Positions 47,131 to 56,814 of a stretch of 64,000 nucleotides of DNA are shown here, piece after piece. Under the pieces are notes generated by a model. The model saw only the letters and a list, made by a program, of their open reading frames with translations, was not told the DNA's origin and did no database searches. The stretch is from Candidatus Jorgensenbacteria bacterium GW2011_GWB1_50_10 (GTDB lineage: Bacteria > Patescibacteriota > Minisyncoccia > UBA6257 > GWB1-50-10). The stretch lies in the NCBI GenBank assembly GCA_001004105.1, contig LCQK01000001.1, positions 102,928-166,927 of the forward strand, given 5' to 3'. How positions within the stretch are numbered: position 1 is the stretch's first letter; each line of letters begins with the position of its first letter. Made by a program: the position numbers and the translations under genes.

Positions 47131-47163
47131 GAGGGGCGACCACAGGTGTCGCCCCCTTTTAGT
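47131..47163 (+). terminator. rho-independent terminator
   Basis: GAGGGGCGACC-acag-GTGTCGCCCCC + TTTT. Confidence 0.7.
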
Positions 47164-47188
47164 TTTATGATTCTTTATAATAAATTTA

Positions 47189-48415
47189 ATGAGAGCTAAC
47201 AGGAAAGCGTGGGTGGTGGCGGTGGAGATGGGTTACGGCCACTTAAGGGCGGCGAGACCGCTTGCGTCCTTAGCTTATCAGGGAAAGCTCACCACCGCCG
47301 ACCTCTATGACGGCATTCCCAAAAATGACCGTCTCATTTGGGAGGAATCAACGAAACTTTACCACGCTATTTCCCGTTTAGAGGAAAAAGGCGTGTTCGG
47401 TGCCTTAGCTTTTAAAATCTTTGATTATTTTCAGAGAGTGGATGATGTCGGAGGCGGAAAATCGAAACCGACTTTTCAGCTGAAACAGGGCTACAAATTA
47501 ATCAGAAAAGGCTGGGGGCGGGATTTGATTGAAAAATTGAACAAAAACCCGTTGCCGCTCATTGCGACTTTTTTCACCATCGGCCACATGGCCGAGTATT
47601 GGGGATACAGAGGGCCGGTTTACGTTCTCGTGACCGACGCCGACGTCTCTAGAGCCTGGGCGCCCATTAATCCGGCAACGAGCCGTCTTGTTTATCTTGC
47701 GCCGACCGCAAGGGCCAAAGAACGGCTTGCAAGTTACGGCGTAAACCCCAAAAACATTTTTATTACCGGTTTTCCGCTACCGCGGGAACTTTTGGGTCCG
47801 TCTTCAAAGACGGCAAAAAAGAATTTAGAGCGGCGGCTCAAGATCCTCGGAGAGCGGGGCGGCCGGCCGACAGCCGTCACTTTTGCGATTGGCGGTGCGG
47901 GTGCCCAGAGCAAAATCGGTTTGGAAATAATTGAAAGCTTGGCACCTTTAATCAGAAAAGGCGCAATATCGCTTTTTCTTATTGCCGGTACTCACTCTAA
48001 GCTCGCTTTGAAGTTTTACAACCAAGCGGAAAAATCCGGTCTTGGGGAATTTTTGAATAAAGGGATTTCCGTCATTCAAAACGAAACAAAGGAGGAATAT
48101 TTTAAGGTTTTCAATGAAACGCTCGCGAAAACCGACATTCTATGGACCAAGCCCTCGGAACTTTCGTTTTACGCCGGACTTGGTATTCCAATTATAATGG
48201 CGCCGCCCTTGGGCGCGCATGAGGAGAAAAATAGGGAGTGGCTCACGGAGGTCGGCGCCGGTGTCCCGGAAGAGGAGCCGCGGGAGGCCGGGCGGTGGCT
48301 GCCGGAGATGATTCGGAACGGCCGGCTCGCTGCGGCGGCAAGAGCCGGTTTTGAAAAAATTGAGAAAAACGGGGTGGAAAATATTTCGAAGATTGTTTTT
48401 AGCAAAAAAACATGA
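47189..48415 (+). CDS. glycosyltransferase family 28 (MurG/MGDG-synthase-like)
   Basis: N-terminal GYGHLRAARPLA; C-terminal DILWTKPSELSFYAGLGIPIIMAPPLGAHEEKN resembles the Glyco_tran_28 C-domain. Confidence 0.6.
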   Translation: MRANRKAWVVAVEMGYGHLRAARPLASLAYQGKLTTADLYDGIPKNDRLIWEESTKLYHAISRLEEKGVFGALAFKIFDYFQRVDDVGGGKSKPTFQLKQGYKLIRKGWGRDLIEKLNKNPLPLIATFFTIGHMAEYWGYRGPVYVLVTDADVSRAWAPINPATSRLVYLAPTARAKERLASYGVNPKNIFITGFPLPRELLGPSSKTAKKNLERRLKILGERGGRPTAVTFAIGGAGAQSKIGLEIIESLAPLIRKGAISLFLIAGTHSKLALKFYNQAEKSGLGEFLNKGISVIQNETKEEYFKVFNETLAKTDILWTKPSELSFYAGLGIPIIMAPPLGAHEEKNREWLTEVGAGVPEEEPREAGRWLPEMIRNGRLAAAARAGFEKIEKNGVENISKIVFSKKT

Positions 48416-49335
48416 ATTGGCTCTGGATAACAATAATCGCTTACGCCATTTTAGGCCTCGTTTCCGTCGTTGACCGGTATCTTCTCTCCGGGCCCTTACC
48501 AAATCCGCGGGCTTACACTTTCTATGTCGGCTCGCTCGGCATGCTTGTTTTTCTCCTTACGCCATTTTTCGGGCTGGAAAATCTTCCGCTAAATCTTTTG
48601 GGCGTTGCTTTCCTTTCCGGATTTCTCTTCGTCGCCGCTCTTTTCTTCCTTTACTCCGGTCTCAATAAATTCGAGGCCTCCCGGGTGGTGCCGGCTATGG
48701 GCGGACTCGTACCGATTTTCACGCTGCTTTTCAGTTTCTTTATTTTACGGGGAGGCGCCGTCGTCGGCTGGGATTGGCTTGCCTTCGTTTTCCTCATTTC
48801 GGGAAGCATCGCTATAACCATAGAAAGAGGCAAGAAGATAACCTTGCCAAGCTTGAAGTTTGCCGCCGGAGCGGCACTATTCTTCGCCCTTTCTTTCGTT
48901 TTTGCCAAGTATGTTTATCTTGCCGCCTCGTTCTGGTCGCCTTTTGTCTGGATGCGGGTCGGCGGATTCATTTTTGCGGCCGGTATTTTCGTCTTTTCGG
49001 CGGACTTGCGCCGGATGCTCTTTACCAAAAAGATAAGAGAGCCCAAAGAGAGAAAAAAGACCACGGCTGTTTTTTTAGGCAATCAGGTATTGGGCGCCGG
49101 CGGGAGCGTCCTCCAGAGCTTCGCCATTTTTCTTGCGCCGGCGCTCTACGTGGCTTTCGTGAACGCGCTTGAAGGATTGATTTATGTTTTTGTTCTCATC
49201 TACACCGCCGCAATTTCCATTTTCTTTCCGCATTTAATTGAAGAGATTTTCACCAAAAAAACAGCTTTTCAGAAAGCGGCTGCAACAGTTCTAATCCTTG
49301 TAGGGATAATGATTCTATCTTTGGCCGGCCGATGA
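48412..49335 (+). CDS. DMT-superfamily (EamA-like) transporter
   Basis: about 10 TM helices in two halves. Confidence 0.6.
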   Translation: MNWLWITIIAYAILGLVSVVDRYLLSGPLPNPRAYTFYVGSLGMLVFLLTPFFGLENLPLNLLGVAFLSGFLFVAALFFLYSGLNKFEASRVVPAMGGLVPIFTLLFSFFILRGGAVVGWDWLAFVFLISGSIAITIERGKKITLPSLKFAAGAALFFALSFVFAKYVYLAASFWSPFVWMRVGGFIFAAGIFVFSADLRRMLFTKKIREPKERKKTTAVFLGNQVLGAGGSVLQSFAIFLAPALYVAFVNALEGLIYVFVLIYTAAISIFFPHLIEEIFTKKTAFQKAAATVLILVGIMILSLAGR

Positions 49336-50330
49336 GAATTTTTCAAAAAATCATTAAGTACGCCGCCTTTCTTTTAGCGGCGACCATTGTCCTTTCGTTT
49401 ATTTTCTTTTTCGTGGGGAAGAGCCGGCCGGCCGCCGATATCCGCTGGGGAGTGAATTTTTCCTACTCTCATGCGGAGGAGCTGGGTTTGGATTGGCAGG
49501 AAACATACCTCACGTTCCTTGACGAACTTGGCGTAAAGCGCTTCAAGCTCATTACCCAGTGGGATCTTTTGGAGCCGAGCCCCGGTAAATTTGATTTTGA
49601 AGCCGTTGACTGGCAATTAAGAGAAGCGGAGAAGCGGGGAGCGAGGGCGTTTTTGGTGCTCGGGATGAAAACGCCGCGTTATCCGGAATGCCACATCCCT
49701 GGCTGGGCCGCGAATTTTTCCCAAAAAGAAAGAGAGGCGGCGGTTTTGAATTTCCTTGAAGCGAGCATCAAACATTTCAAAGAAACGCCCACGATTTGGG
49801 CTTGGCAAATTGAGAACGAACCGCTTTTTCCCTTCGGCGAATGTCCGGAAATGAGAAAAGAGTTTTGGCGGGAGGAAATCAATTTAGTGAAATCGCTTGA
49901 CCCGGCACGGCCAGTCATAGCAACCGACAGCGGCGAGTGGTCGCTTTGGTTCCAAGCTGCCCGCGTGGGCGACATCGTCGGCACCACGCTTTATCGCAAG
50001 GTTTGGTTCAAGGAACTGGATATCTATACGCCGTACCCGCTGCCGCCGGTTTTCTACGGCAGAAAAGCGTGGCTTGTGAAATTTCTTTTCGGAAAAGACG
50101 TGATTAACGTTGAACTCCAAGCCGAGCCGTGGGGGCCGACACTGCTCTATGATCTGCCGCTTGAAGAGCAGGATAAGACAATGAATTTGGAAAGATTTAA
50201 AAAAATCATAAGCTACGCGAAGAACACCGGCATGTCAGAGTTTTATTTTTGGGGCGCCGAATGGTGGCATTGGCTAAAGGAAGCAGATAACAACTCCGCC
50301 ATCTGGGAAGAAGCAAAGAAACTTTTTTAG
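49332..50330 (+). CDS. membrane-anchored TIM-barrel glycoside hydrolase (GH5/GH42-like)
   Basis: N-terminal TM; WAWQIENEP (NEP catalytic acid motif). Confidence 0.6.
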   Translation: MRIFQKIIKYAAFLLAATIVLSFIFFFVGKSRPAADIRWGVNFSYSHAEELGLDWQETYLTFLDELGVKRFKLITQWDLLEPSPGKFDFEAVDWQLREAEKRGARAFLVLGMKTPRYPECHIPGWAANFSQKEREAAVLNFLEASIKHFKETPTIWAWQIENEPLFPFGECPEMRKEFWREEINLVKSLDPARPVIATDSGEWSLWFQAARVGDIVGTTLYRKVWFKELDIYTPYPLPPVFYGRKAWLVKFLFGKDVINVELQAEPWGPTLLYDLPLEEQDKTMNLERFKKIISYAKNTGMSEFYFWGAEWWHWLKEADNNSAIWEEAKKLF

Positions 50331-50349
50331 CCGTGTTATCATTAAAGAA

Positions 50350-51654
50350 ATGAAGATAAAGAATTTTGAGGCGCTTGGGGTGACTAAAACCAGGGAGCGT
50401 CTCCTTAAAATCGCGGAAGCCGGACTTCAAGCAATTGACACTGAAAAGACAGTAAGCGAGAAAGTTAATCTTCACGGCAATGAACTTGAAATCGGGGATA
50501 AGGTTTTCAACCTGGAGAAGATGAAGAGGATTTTTGTGGCTGGCGTCGGCAAATGCTCGCTTGAAGCCGCTCGAGCTCTTGAGAAAATCTTAGAGAGCAG
50601 AATAACAGACGGCGTGGTGATAGATATTCACAAGGGAAAATTAGAAAGGATTAAAACTTTCTCCGGCACCCACCCTTTCCCCACCGAGGAAAACATCAGC
50701 GCCACAAAAGAGCTCATAAAACTTCTTGAAAAGTCAGGAGAAAGCGATCTGGTTATTTTTTTGATCTCTGGCGGCGGCTCAACTCTTCTTTGCCAGCCAA
50801 AAGAACATACCTGCGCAAGCGAAGCCGAACTTGTCAAGCACCTTTTTTCAGAGGGAGCGACAATTAAGGAGATAAATACAGTAAGGAAACACATCTCCCT
50901 TGCCCGGGGCGGCAATTTGGCCAAATACGCTTATCCTTCAAAAGTCGTGTCTTTGATTTTCTCAGATGTGCCCGGAGACGATTTGAGTTTTGTGGCTTCC
51001 GGTCCCACCGTGCCCGATACAACCACCGTTCGAGACGCCGAGAAAGTTTTAGATAAATACGGCGCCTGGGAGCGCTGCGGCATTTCTAAAAAAGGTCTCG
51101 TTGAAACTCCAAAAGAGTCGAAAATTTTCAAGAGAGTTTCAAATATCCTCTTTATTTCCAACAAAACTGCCATTAAAGCAATGGCTCGGGAAGCAAAAAA
51201 AATGGGGTTTATACCGAGCATTCAGAACCTTTCTCTTCGAGGTGAGGCAAGTAAAGTCGGTGAAGAAATAACCAAAAAGCTCCATCGGTTTTCAAAAAAC
51301 ACGGTTCTTCTCTACGGCGGGGAGACGACGGTAGCCCTCCGACAAGACAAGGTCTTACGAGAGCGAGCGGGTAAAGGCGGACGAAATCAGGAATTAGTTC
51401 TTTCGGCTCTAAGATTCATCGGGGATGGTGAAGTTTTAGCGGCTTTGGCATCGGACGGCGAAGACAATACGGACGCGGCCGGCGCAATTTGTGATAAAAT
51501 GACAAGAGAAAAAACGGAGAAACGGGGTTTAAAACCAGAAGAACACCTTAAGCGGCACAGCTCTTATGATTTTTTCGCCGCTTTGGGGGACCAGATTCTC
51601 ACCGGTCCGACCGGCTCCAACGTTTCGGATTTAATAATCGCTCTTAAAGAATAA
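50350..51654 (+). CDS. glycerate 2-kinase (MOFRL family)
   Basis: DUF4147-type N-domain (VAGVGKCSLEAARALE) + MOFRL C-domain (LYGGETTVALRQD...GGRNQELVLSA). Confidence 0.75.
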   Translation: MKIKNFEALGVTKTRERLLKIAEAGLQAIDTEKTVSEKVNLHGNELEIGDKVFNLEKMKRIFVAGVGKCSLEAARALEKILESRITDGVVIDIHKGKLERIKTFSGTHPFPTEENISATKELIKLLEKSGESDLVIFLISGGGSTLLCQPKEHTCASEAELVKHLFSEGATIKEINTVRKHISLARGGNLAKYAYPSKVVSLIFSDVPGDDLSFVASGPTVPDTTTVRDAEKVLDKYGAWERCGISKKGLVETPKESKIFKRVSNILFISNKTAIKAMAREAKKMGFIPSIQNLSLRGEASKVGEEITKKLHRFSKNTVLLYGGETTVALRQDKVLRERAGKGGRNQELVLSALRFIGDGEVLAALASDGEDNTDAAGAICDKMTREKTEKRGLKPEEHLKRHSSYDFFAALGDQILTGPTGSNVSDLIIALKE

Positions 51655-51666
51655 TAAAGAACAATA

Positions 51667-54051
51667 ATGAAAAAGTTCATCCTCCCATTCTCAAAAATCG
51701 GGATGAAAGACGTGCCAAAAGTTGGCGGCAAAAACGCGGCTTTAGGCGAGATGTATTCAAATCTGACAAAGCTTGGCATCAGCGTTCCGGATGGTTTTGC
51801 CCTTACTGCCGGCGCGTACAGGTTTTTCCTTAAGAAGAACGGCGCCGATGAAAAAATCAAGGATATCTTAAAAAGATTAAACATCAAGAACGTCAATGAT
51901 TTAAGAGGGCGCGCCGGACGGGTTCGGGCGCTTATTTTGTCTCTTCGGTTGCCCAAAGAGATAACGAAGGAAATTCGTTCGGCCTACCATCGCCTCGAGG
52001 GGAAATACGGAAAAAACGTTGACGTTGCCGTTCGCTCTTCGGCTACGGCCGAAGACCTACCTGGCGCCTCCTTTGCCGGACAACAGGAGACGTATTTAAA
52101 CGTCCGAGGCGAGGAGGGACTTGAGGCCGCCGCCAAAAAATGCATCGCTTCGCTTTTTACCGACCGGGCGATTTCCTATCGCGCAGACAAAAGGTTTTCC
52201 CATTTTGACGTTGCTTTATCGGTCGGCGTTCAGAAAATGGTCCGTTCGGACTTGGCTTCATCGGGCGTTGCCTTCACCATTGACACCGAAACCGGTTTTG
52301 ACAAAGTAGTGGTAATTGAAAGTTCTTATGGTTTGGGCGAGATGGTGGTTCAAGGCGAGATTACGCCGGATGAGTTTGTCGTTTTTAAACCGACCCTTGG
52401 AAAAGGTTTTCAGCCGGTGATTGCAAAAGATTTAGGCGTAAAAAACGTAAAGCTTGTTTACGGAAAAGAAGGGACGCGGAAGGCAAAAGTTTCAAATCGG
52501 GACAAGAATTCATTTTCTTTGAACGAAGAAGAAATTATTAAGCTGGCCAGATGGTGCGTTTCGATAGAAAAACATTTCTCCCGCATTTACAAGCATTACC
52601 AGCCGATGGATATTGAGTGGGCCAAAGACGGAAAAACAAAAGAGCTTTTTATTCTTCAAGCAAGACCCGAGACCGTTCACTCTTTAATAAGCGGAAAGAA
52701 AATTTACCCCGAATACCGCCTTAAGGGAAAGGGTAAAATCGTCGTCTCCGGCATTGCGGTCGGGACGAAAGCGGTCTCGGGTAAAGCCAGATTCATAAAA
52801 GACGTAAAAGACATCGGAAAATTCAGGAAAGGAGAAGTGCTTGTGACGGAAATTACCGATCCGGCCTGGGAACCGATTATGAAAATCGCCGCCGCCATTG
52901 TCACCGATAAAGGGGGTCGGACGTCGCATGCGGCAATTGTTTCGCGCGAGCTCGGCATTCCCTGCATTGTCGGCGCCGCCCTGGCGACAAAAAAACTTAA
53001 GACCGGCAAAGTTTTTACCGTTGACTGTACCTCCGGCGGCGAGGCGCGGGTTTATGCCGGAAAAATTCCCTATGAGATTGTAGAGCACCACTTGGATAAA
53101 ATTCCGAAAACCAGAACCAAAGTGATGGTAAACATCGGCTCGCCGGATGAGGCCTTTAAAAACCATTATTTGCCGGTAAAAGGTGTGGGTTTGGGTCGGC
53201 TGGAATTCATAATCGCTTCGCACATCAAAATTCATCCCCAGGCGCTCATTGATTACAAAAAACTAAAGGACGAAAAAACTAGAAGAAGAATCGATTCTTT
53301 GACCCGCGGCTACCGGAATAAAGCCCAGTTTTACGTTGACGAGCTTGCCGAAGGCATTGCCAAGATTGCCGCCGCTTTTTATCCGGAAGAAGCGATAATC
53401 CGTTTCTCGGATTTTAAAACGAACGAGTACCGGAAGCTCATCGGCGGCGAGCTTTACGAGCCCGACGAGGAAAATCCGATGCTCGGCTGGCGCGGCGCTT
53501 CGCGCTACTATGATCCTAAGTTTGAGCGAGCTTTCGGGCTTGAATGCAAAGCCCTCAAGCGGGTGCGCGAGAAATTCGGTCTCAAAAACGCCGTCCCGAT
53601 GATTCCTTTCTGTCGGAGTACGGAGGAAGGAAAAAAAGTCCTCTCCGTGATGGCTAAAAACGGTCTGCGGCGCGGCAAAGACGGGCTGAAGGTCTACGTA
53701 ATGTGCGAGATACCGTCGAATGTTCTCTTAGCTGATGAATTTCTTGATATTTTTGACGGCATGTCCATCGGTTCCAATGATTTGACTCAACTGGTTCTTG
53801 GTCTTGATAGAGATTCAGGTATTGTCACCCATATTGCCAATGAAAATAATCCGGCCGTGAAAAAGATGATAAGCGAAGTGATAGAGAGGTGCCGGAAGCG
53901 GAAAAAATACATCGGTATCTGCGGTCAGGCGCCGTCGGATTACCCGGAGTTCACCAAATTTCTGGTCAAAGAGGGCATTGGGAGTATTTCTCTAAATCCC
54001 GACACAGTCATTAAAACGATTTTGGAAATCAAGCGCCAGGAATCTAAATAA
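51667..54051 (+). CDS. ppsA: phosphoenolpyruvate synthase (pyruvate, water dikinase)
   Basis: ATP-grasp N-domain; phospho-His region GGRTSHAAIVSRELGIPCIVG; PEP-utilising C-domain; 794 aa. Confidence 0.9.
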   Translation: MKKFILPFSKIGMKDVPKVGGKNAALGEMYSNLTKLGISVPDGFALTAGAYRFFLKKNGADEKIKDILKRLNIKNVNDLRGRAGRVRALILSLRLPKEITKEIRSAYHRLEGKYGKNVDVAVRSSATAEDLPGASFAGQQETYLNVRGEEGLEAAAKKCIASLFTDRAISYRADKRFSHFDVALSVGVQKMVRSDLASSGVAFTIDTETGFDKVVVIESSYGLGEMVVQGEITPDEFVVFKPTLGKGFQPVIAKDLGVKNVKLVYGKEGTRKAKVSNRDKNSFSLNEEEIIKLARWCVSIEKHFSRIYKHYQPMDIEWAKDGKTKELFILQARPETVHSLISGKKIYPEYRLKGKGKIVVSGIAVGTKAVSGKARFIKDVKDIGKFRKGEVLVTEITDPAWEPIMKIAAAIVTDKGGRTSHAAIVSRELGIPCIVGAALATKKLKTGKVFTVDCTSGGEARVYAGKIPYEIVEHHLDKIPKTRTKVMVNIGSPDEAFKNHYLPVKGVGLGRLEFIIASHIKIHPQALIDYKKLKDEKTRRRIDSLTRGYRNKAQFYVDELAEGIAKIAAAFYPEEAIIRFSDFKTNEYRKLIGGELYEPDEENPMLGWRGASRYYDPKFERAFGLECKALKRVREKFGLKNAVPMIPFCRSTEEGKKVLSVMAKNGLRRGKDGLKVYVMCEIPSNVLLADEFLDIFDGMSIGSNDLTQLVLGLDRDSGIVTHIANENNPAVKKMISEVIERCRKRKKYIGICGQAPSDYPEFTKFLVKEGIGSISLNPDTVIKTILEIKRQESK

Positions 54052-54070
54052 CCGATTATAATTAGGGCAT

Positions 54071-55072
54071 ATGCGCATCGCTTTTTTTGAAATTGAGGAA
54101 TGGGAAAAACCTCGGGTTCGGGGGAAGTTCGGCGAGGACGTCTATTTAGACGAGAAAAAAGTGGACGAAGACGAACTCTCCAAAGAAAACGATTTCGAAA
54201 TAATTTCGATTTTTGTTGACTCGCGGATTACCGAGAAGGTCCTTGCTCATTTTCCCAACCTGAAATTCATTGCCACTCGTTCCACCGGTTTTGACCATAT
54301 TGACCTTGCTGCCTGCAAAAAGAGAAATATTTCGGTTTCCTACGTGCCCGGCTACGGCGATAACACCGTTGCCGAATTCACCTTCGGACTTATTTTGAAC
54401 CTTACCCGAAAAATCTATCACGGCATTGACCAGATAAAAGAGACTGGTTCTTTTTCTTTTGAGGGACTGCGGGGAACGGACCTTAAAGGGAAAACAATCG
54501 GCATAATCGGCACGGGCCGCATCGGCAAAGAAGCGTTAAAAATCGCCAAGGGTTTTGGGATGAAAGTAATCGCGAGCGACCCTTATCCGGACGAGAAATT
54601 CGCCAAGGAAGAAAATTTTGAGTACGTCTCTTTAGAAAAACTGCTCTCTTCAAGCGACATTATCACCGTTCACTGTCCCTACAACGAAAAAACCCGCCAT
54701 CTCATCAATAAAGAGAACATCCGGCTCATCAAAAAAGGGGCGTATCTCATAAATACTGCCCGGGGCGGCATTGTCGAAACCGATGCTTTGGCTGGGGCGC
54801 TTGAGGAAGGGATTTTGGCCGGCGCCGGTTTGGACGTTTTGGAAGAAGAAGGCGAGACTAAGGAAGAGATGGAATTTCTGCGGCGAGGCAAGTTTAAAGA
54901 GGATGAGCTTAAAACCATGCTCCAAAACCACATGCTGATGAGAATGCCGAACGTTCTCATAACGCCTCATAATGCTTTCAACTCCAGAGAGGCATTGGAG
55001 AGAATTTTGGGCACCACCTTGGAGAACATTGAAGGATTTCTCTCCGGAGGCCCCGTGAATTTGGTTCCATGA
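54071..55072 (+). CDS. D-isomer-specific 2-hydroxyacid dehydrogenase (glycerate dehydrogenase/hydroxypyruvate reductase-like)
   Basis: NAD-binding GIIGTGRIGKEALKIAKGFGMKVIASD; catalytic R/E/H region. Confidence 0.8.
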   Translation: MRIAFFEIEEWEKPRVRGKFGEDVYLDEKKVDEDELSKENDFEIISIFVDSRITEKVLAHFPNLKFIATRSTGFDHIDLAACKKRNISVSYVPGYGDNTVAEFTFGLILNLTRKIYHGIDQIKETGSFSFEGLRGTDLKGKTIGIIGTGRIGKEALKIAKGFGMKVIASDPYPDEKFAKEENFEYVSLEKLLSSSDIITVHCPYNEKTRHLINKENIRLIKKGAYLINTARGGIVETDALAGALEEGILAGAGLDVLEEEGETKEEMEFLRRGKFKEDELKTMLQNHMLMRMPNVLITPHNAFNSREALERILGTTLENIEGFLSGGPVNLVP

Positions 55073-56262
55073 AAATAAATGAAGCTTCGCTTCGGGAGAT
55101 AAAGGACTCGCGGGGGGAGCTGACAATTGAGATTGGGATTAAAACCAAGGATGGCGAATTTTTCGCTCAAATTCCCTCGGGCAAAAGCCGCGGCAGTCGC
55201 GAGGCGACCGTTTTTTTGCCGGGGAAAGCGAGGGAAGTTCTCGGGAGTATAGGAAAAGAGCTTATCGGGAGAGATTTTGAAAGCATTGAGGATTTTGACT
55301 TTTTTTTGCTCGGGCTTGACGGCACGCCGAATAAAAGCAAACTTGGCGGGAATCTTATGCTGGGATTGTCGCTGTCCTTTGCCCGCAGTTTGGCCAAAGA
55401 AAACAACTTTGAACTCTGGCAGATACTGAAAAAAGAATTTTTCCCGAATAACGGCGAATCAAAATCGCCCCGGATTTTCTCCAACTTTATTGAGGGCGGC
55501 GTTCACACGGACAATAATCTTGATATTCAGGAATTTTTGGTCGTTGCCGAATCAAAAGAAGGAGCGGCGATGACTTATCGTAAACTTGCAGAATTTTATA
55601 AATCAGTCGGCGAAGCCCTGAAGGGAAAATATAATTTTTCCTCGCTTAAACTCGGTGACGAAGGCGGTTATTCGTTGTATTTTAAAAATAATTTTGAGCC
55701 GATTGAATTGCTCGGCGAAGAAATTAAAAGGGCGCGGCTCGCCGGAGAGTTTTCGCTCGGGCTTGATGCCGCCGCTTCAAGTTTTTACAAAGGCGGTCAT
55801 TATGTCTTTGAAGCAAAAGAATTAACTTCGGACGGGCTAAAGGAAGTTTATTCGGATTATTTCAGGAAGGCGCCGTTTTTAAATTCAATCGAAGACCCCT
55901 TTGATGAGAATGACAGTGAGGGTTTTGCCGGACTGCGGCGAGATTGGGGGGATAAATTAATCATTGGCGATGACCTTACGGTTACCAACGCAAAATTAAT
56001 CAGAGAAAATTCCCAAAAAAAGCTTATAAACGGGGTCATTATCAAACCCAATCAGATCGGTACGGTTTCCGAAACTTGCGAGGCCATCAACGCCGCCTAC
56101 GACAGCGGTCTCCAAAGAATTATTTCGCACCGCTCGGGGGAGACGCCGGATAATTTTTTGGTTCATTTTGCCAAAGCCGCCGGCGCCGAAGGATTGAAAA
56201 TCGGCGCGCCGGCGCGGGAGAGAGTGGCGAAATTTGACGAATTTGTCCGTTTGTATTCCTGA
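55069..56262 (+). CDS. eno: enolase
   Basis: SHRSGET and KIGAPARERVAKFDEFVRL signatures; 397 aa. Confidence 0.85.
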   Translation: MKINEASLREIKDSRGELTIEIGIKTKDGEFFAQIPSGKSRGSREATVFLPGKAREVLGSIGKELIGRDFESIEDFDFFLLGLDGTPNKSKLGGNLMLGLSLSFARSLAKENNFELWQILKKEFFPNNGESKSPRIFSNFIEGGVHTDNNLDIQEFLVVAESKEGAAMTYRKLAEFYKSVGEALKGKYNFSSLKLGDEGGYSLYFKNNFEPIELLGEEIKRARLAGEFSLGLDAAASSFYKGGHYVFEAKELTSDGLKEVYSDYFRKAPFLNSIEDPFDENDSEGFAGLRRDWGDKLIIGDDLTVTNAKLIRENSQKKLINGVIIKPNQIGTVSETCEAINAAYDSGLQRIISHRSGETPDNFLVHFAKAAGAEGLKIGAPARERVAKFDEFVRLYS

Positions 56263-56452
56263 GCTATTGTCAAACCCCCGCATTTACGTTTTTAGCAAGC
56301 AGAAATGGTCGCGGTAAGTCGCACCCTTGACTTTATCAACCGGGTGGAGTATTATATATCGGTAAGTTTCTAGTCTCTTTTCTTGCATGCAAAACTTGTA
56401 AGGCGAAAGGACCAAAGAAGTTAGGTCGACTTACGTCAGAAATCAGAAGATA

Positions 56453-56764
56453 ATGGCAAAGAAGTTATATGTGGGCAGCTTGTCTTACGACACGACTGAC
56501 CAAAGCTTAAAAGACGCTTTCTCCAAAGCGGGCGCTGTCGAGACCGCCACCGTCATCATTGACAGGATGTCGGGTCGCTCCAAGGGTTTCGGTTTCGTGG
56601 AAATGGCAACCGATGAGGAAGCCAAGGCCGCGATCGAAATGTGGAACGGCAAGGAACTCGACGGCCGGAAAGTGGTAGTGAATGAGGCCAAGCCAATGGA
56701 GCCGCGCGCCCCGAGAAGGGAAGGCGGTTTCGGCGGCGGTGACCGCGGCCGGAGAAGCTGGTAA
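56453..56764 (+). CDS. RRM-type RNA-binding protein with Gly/Arg tail
   Basis: RNP-2 LYVGSL and RNP-1 KGFGFVEM; about 190 nt structured 5' UTR. Confidence 0.85.
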   Translation: MAKKLYVGSLSYDTTDQSLKDAFSKAGAVETATVIIDRMSGRSKGFGFVEMATDEEAKAAIEMWNGKELDGRKVVVNEAKPMEPRAPRREGGFGGGDRGRRSW

Positions 56765-56814
56765 ACGAGCTCGATTTATAAAGAAACCCGCGCAATGCGC
56801 GGGTTTCTTTTGTT

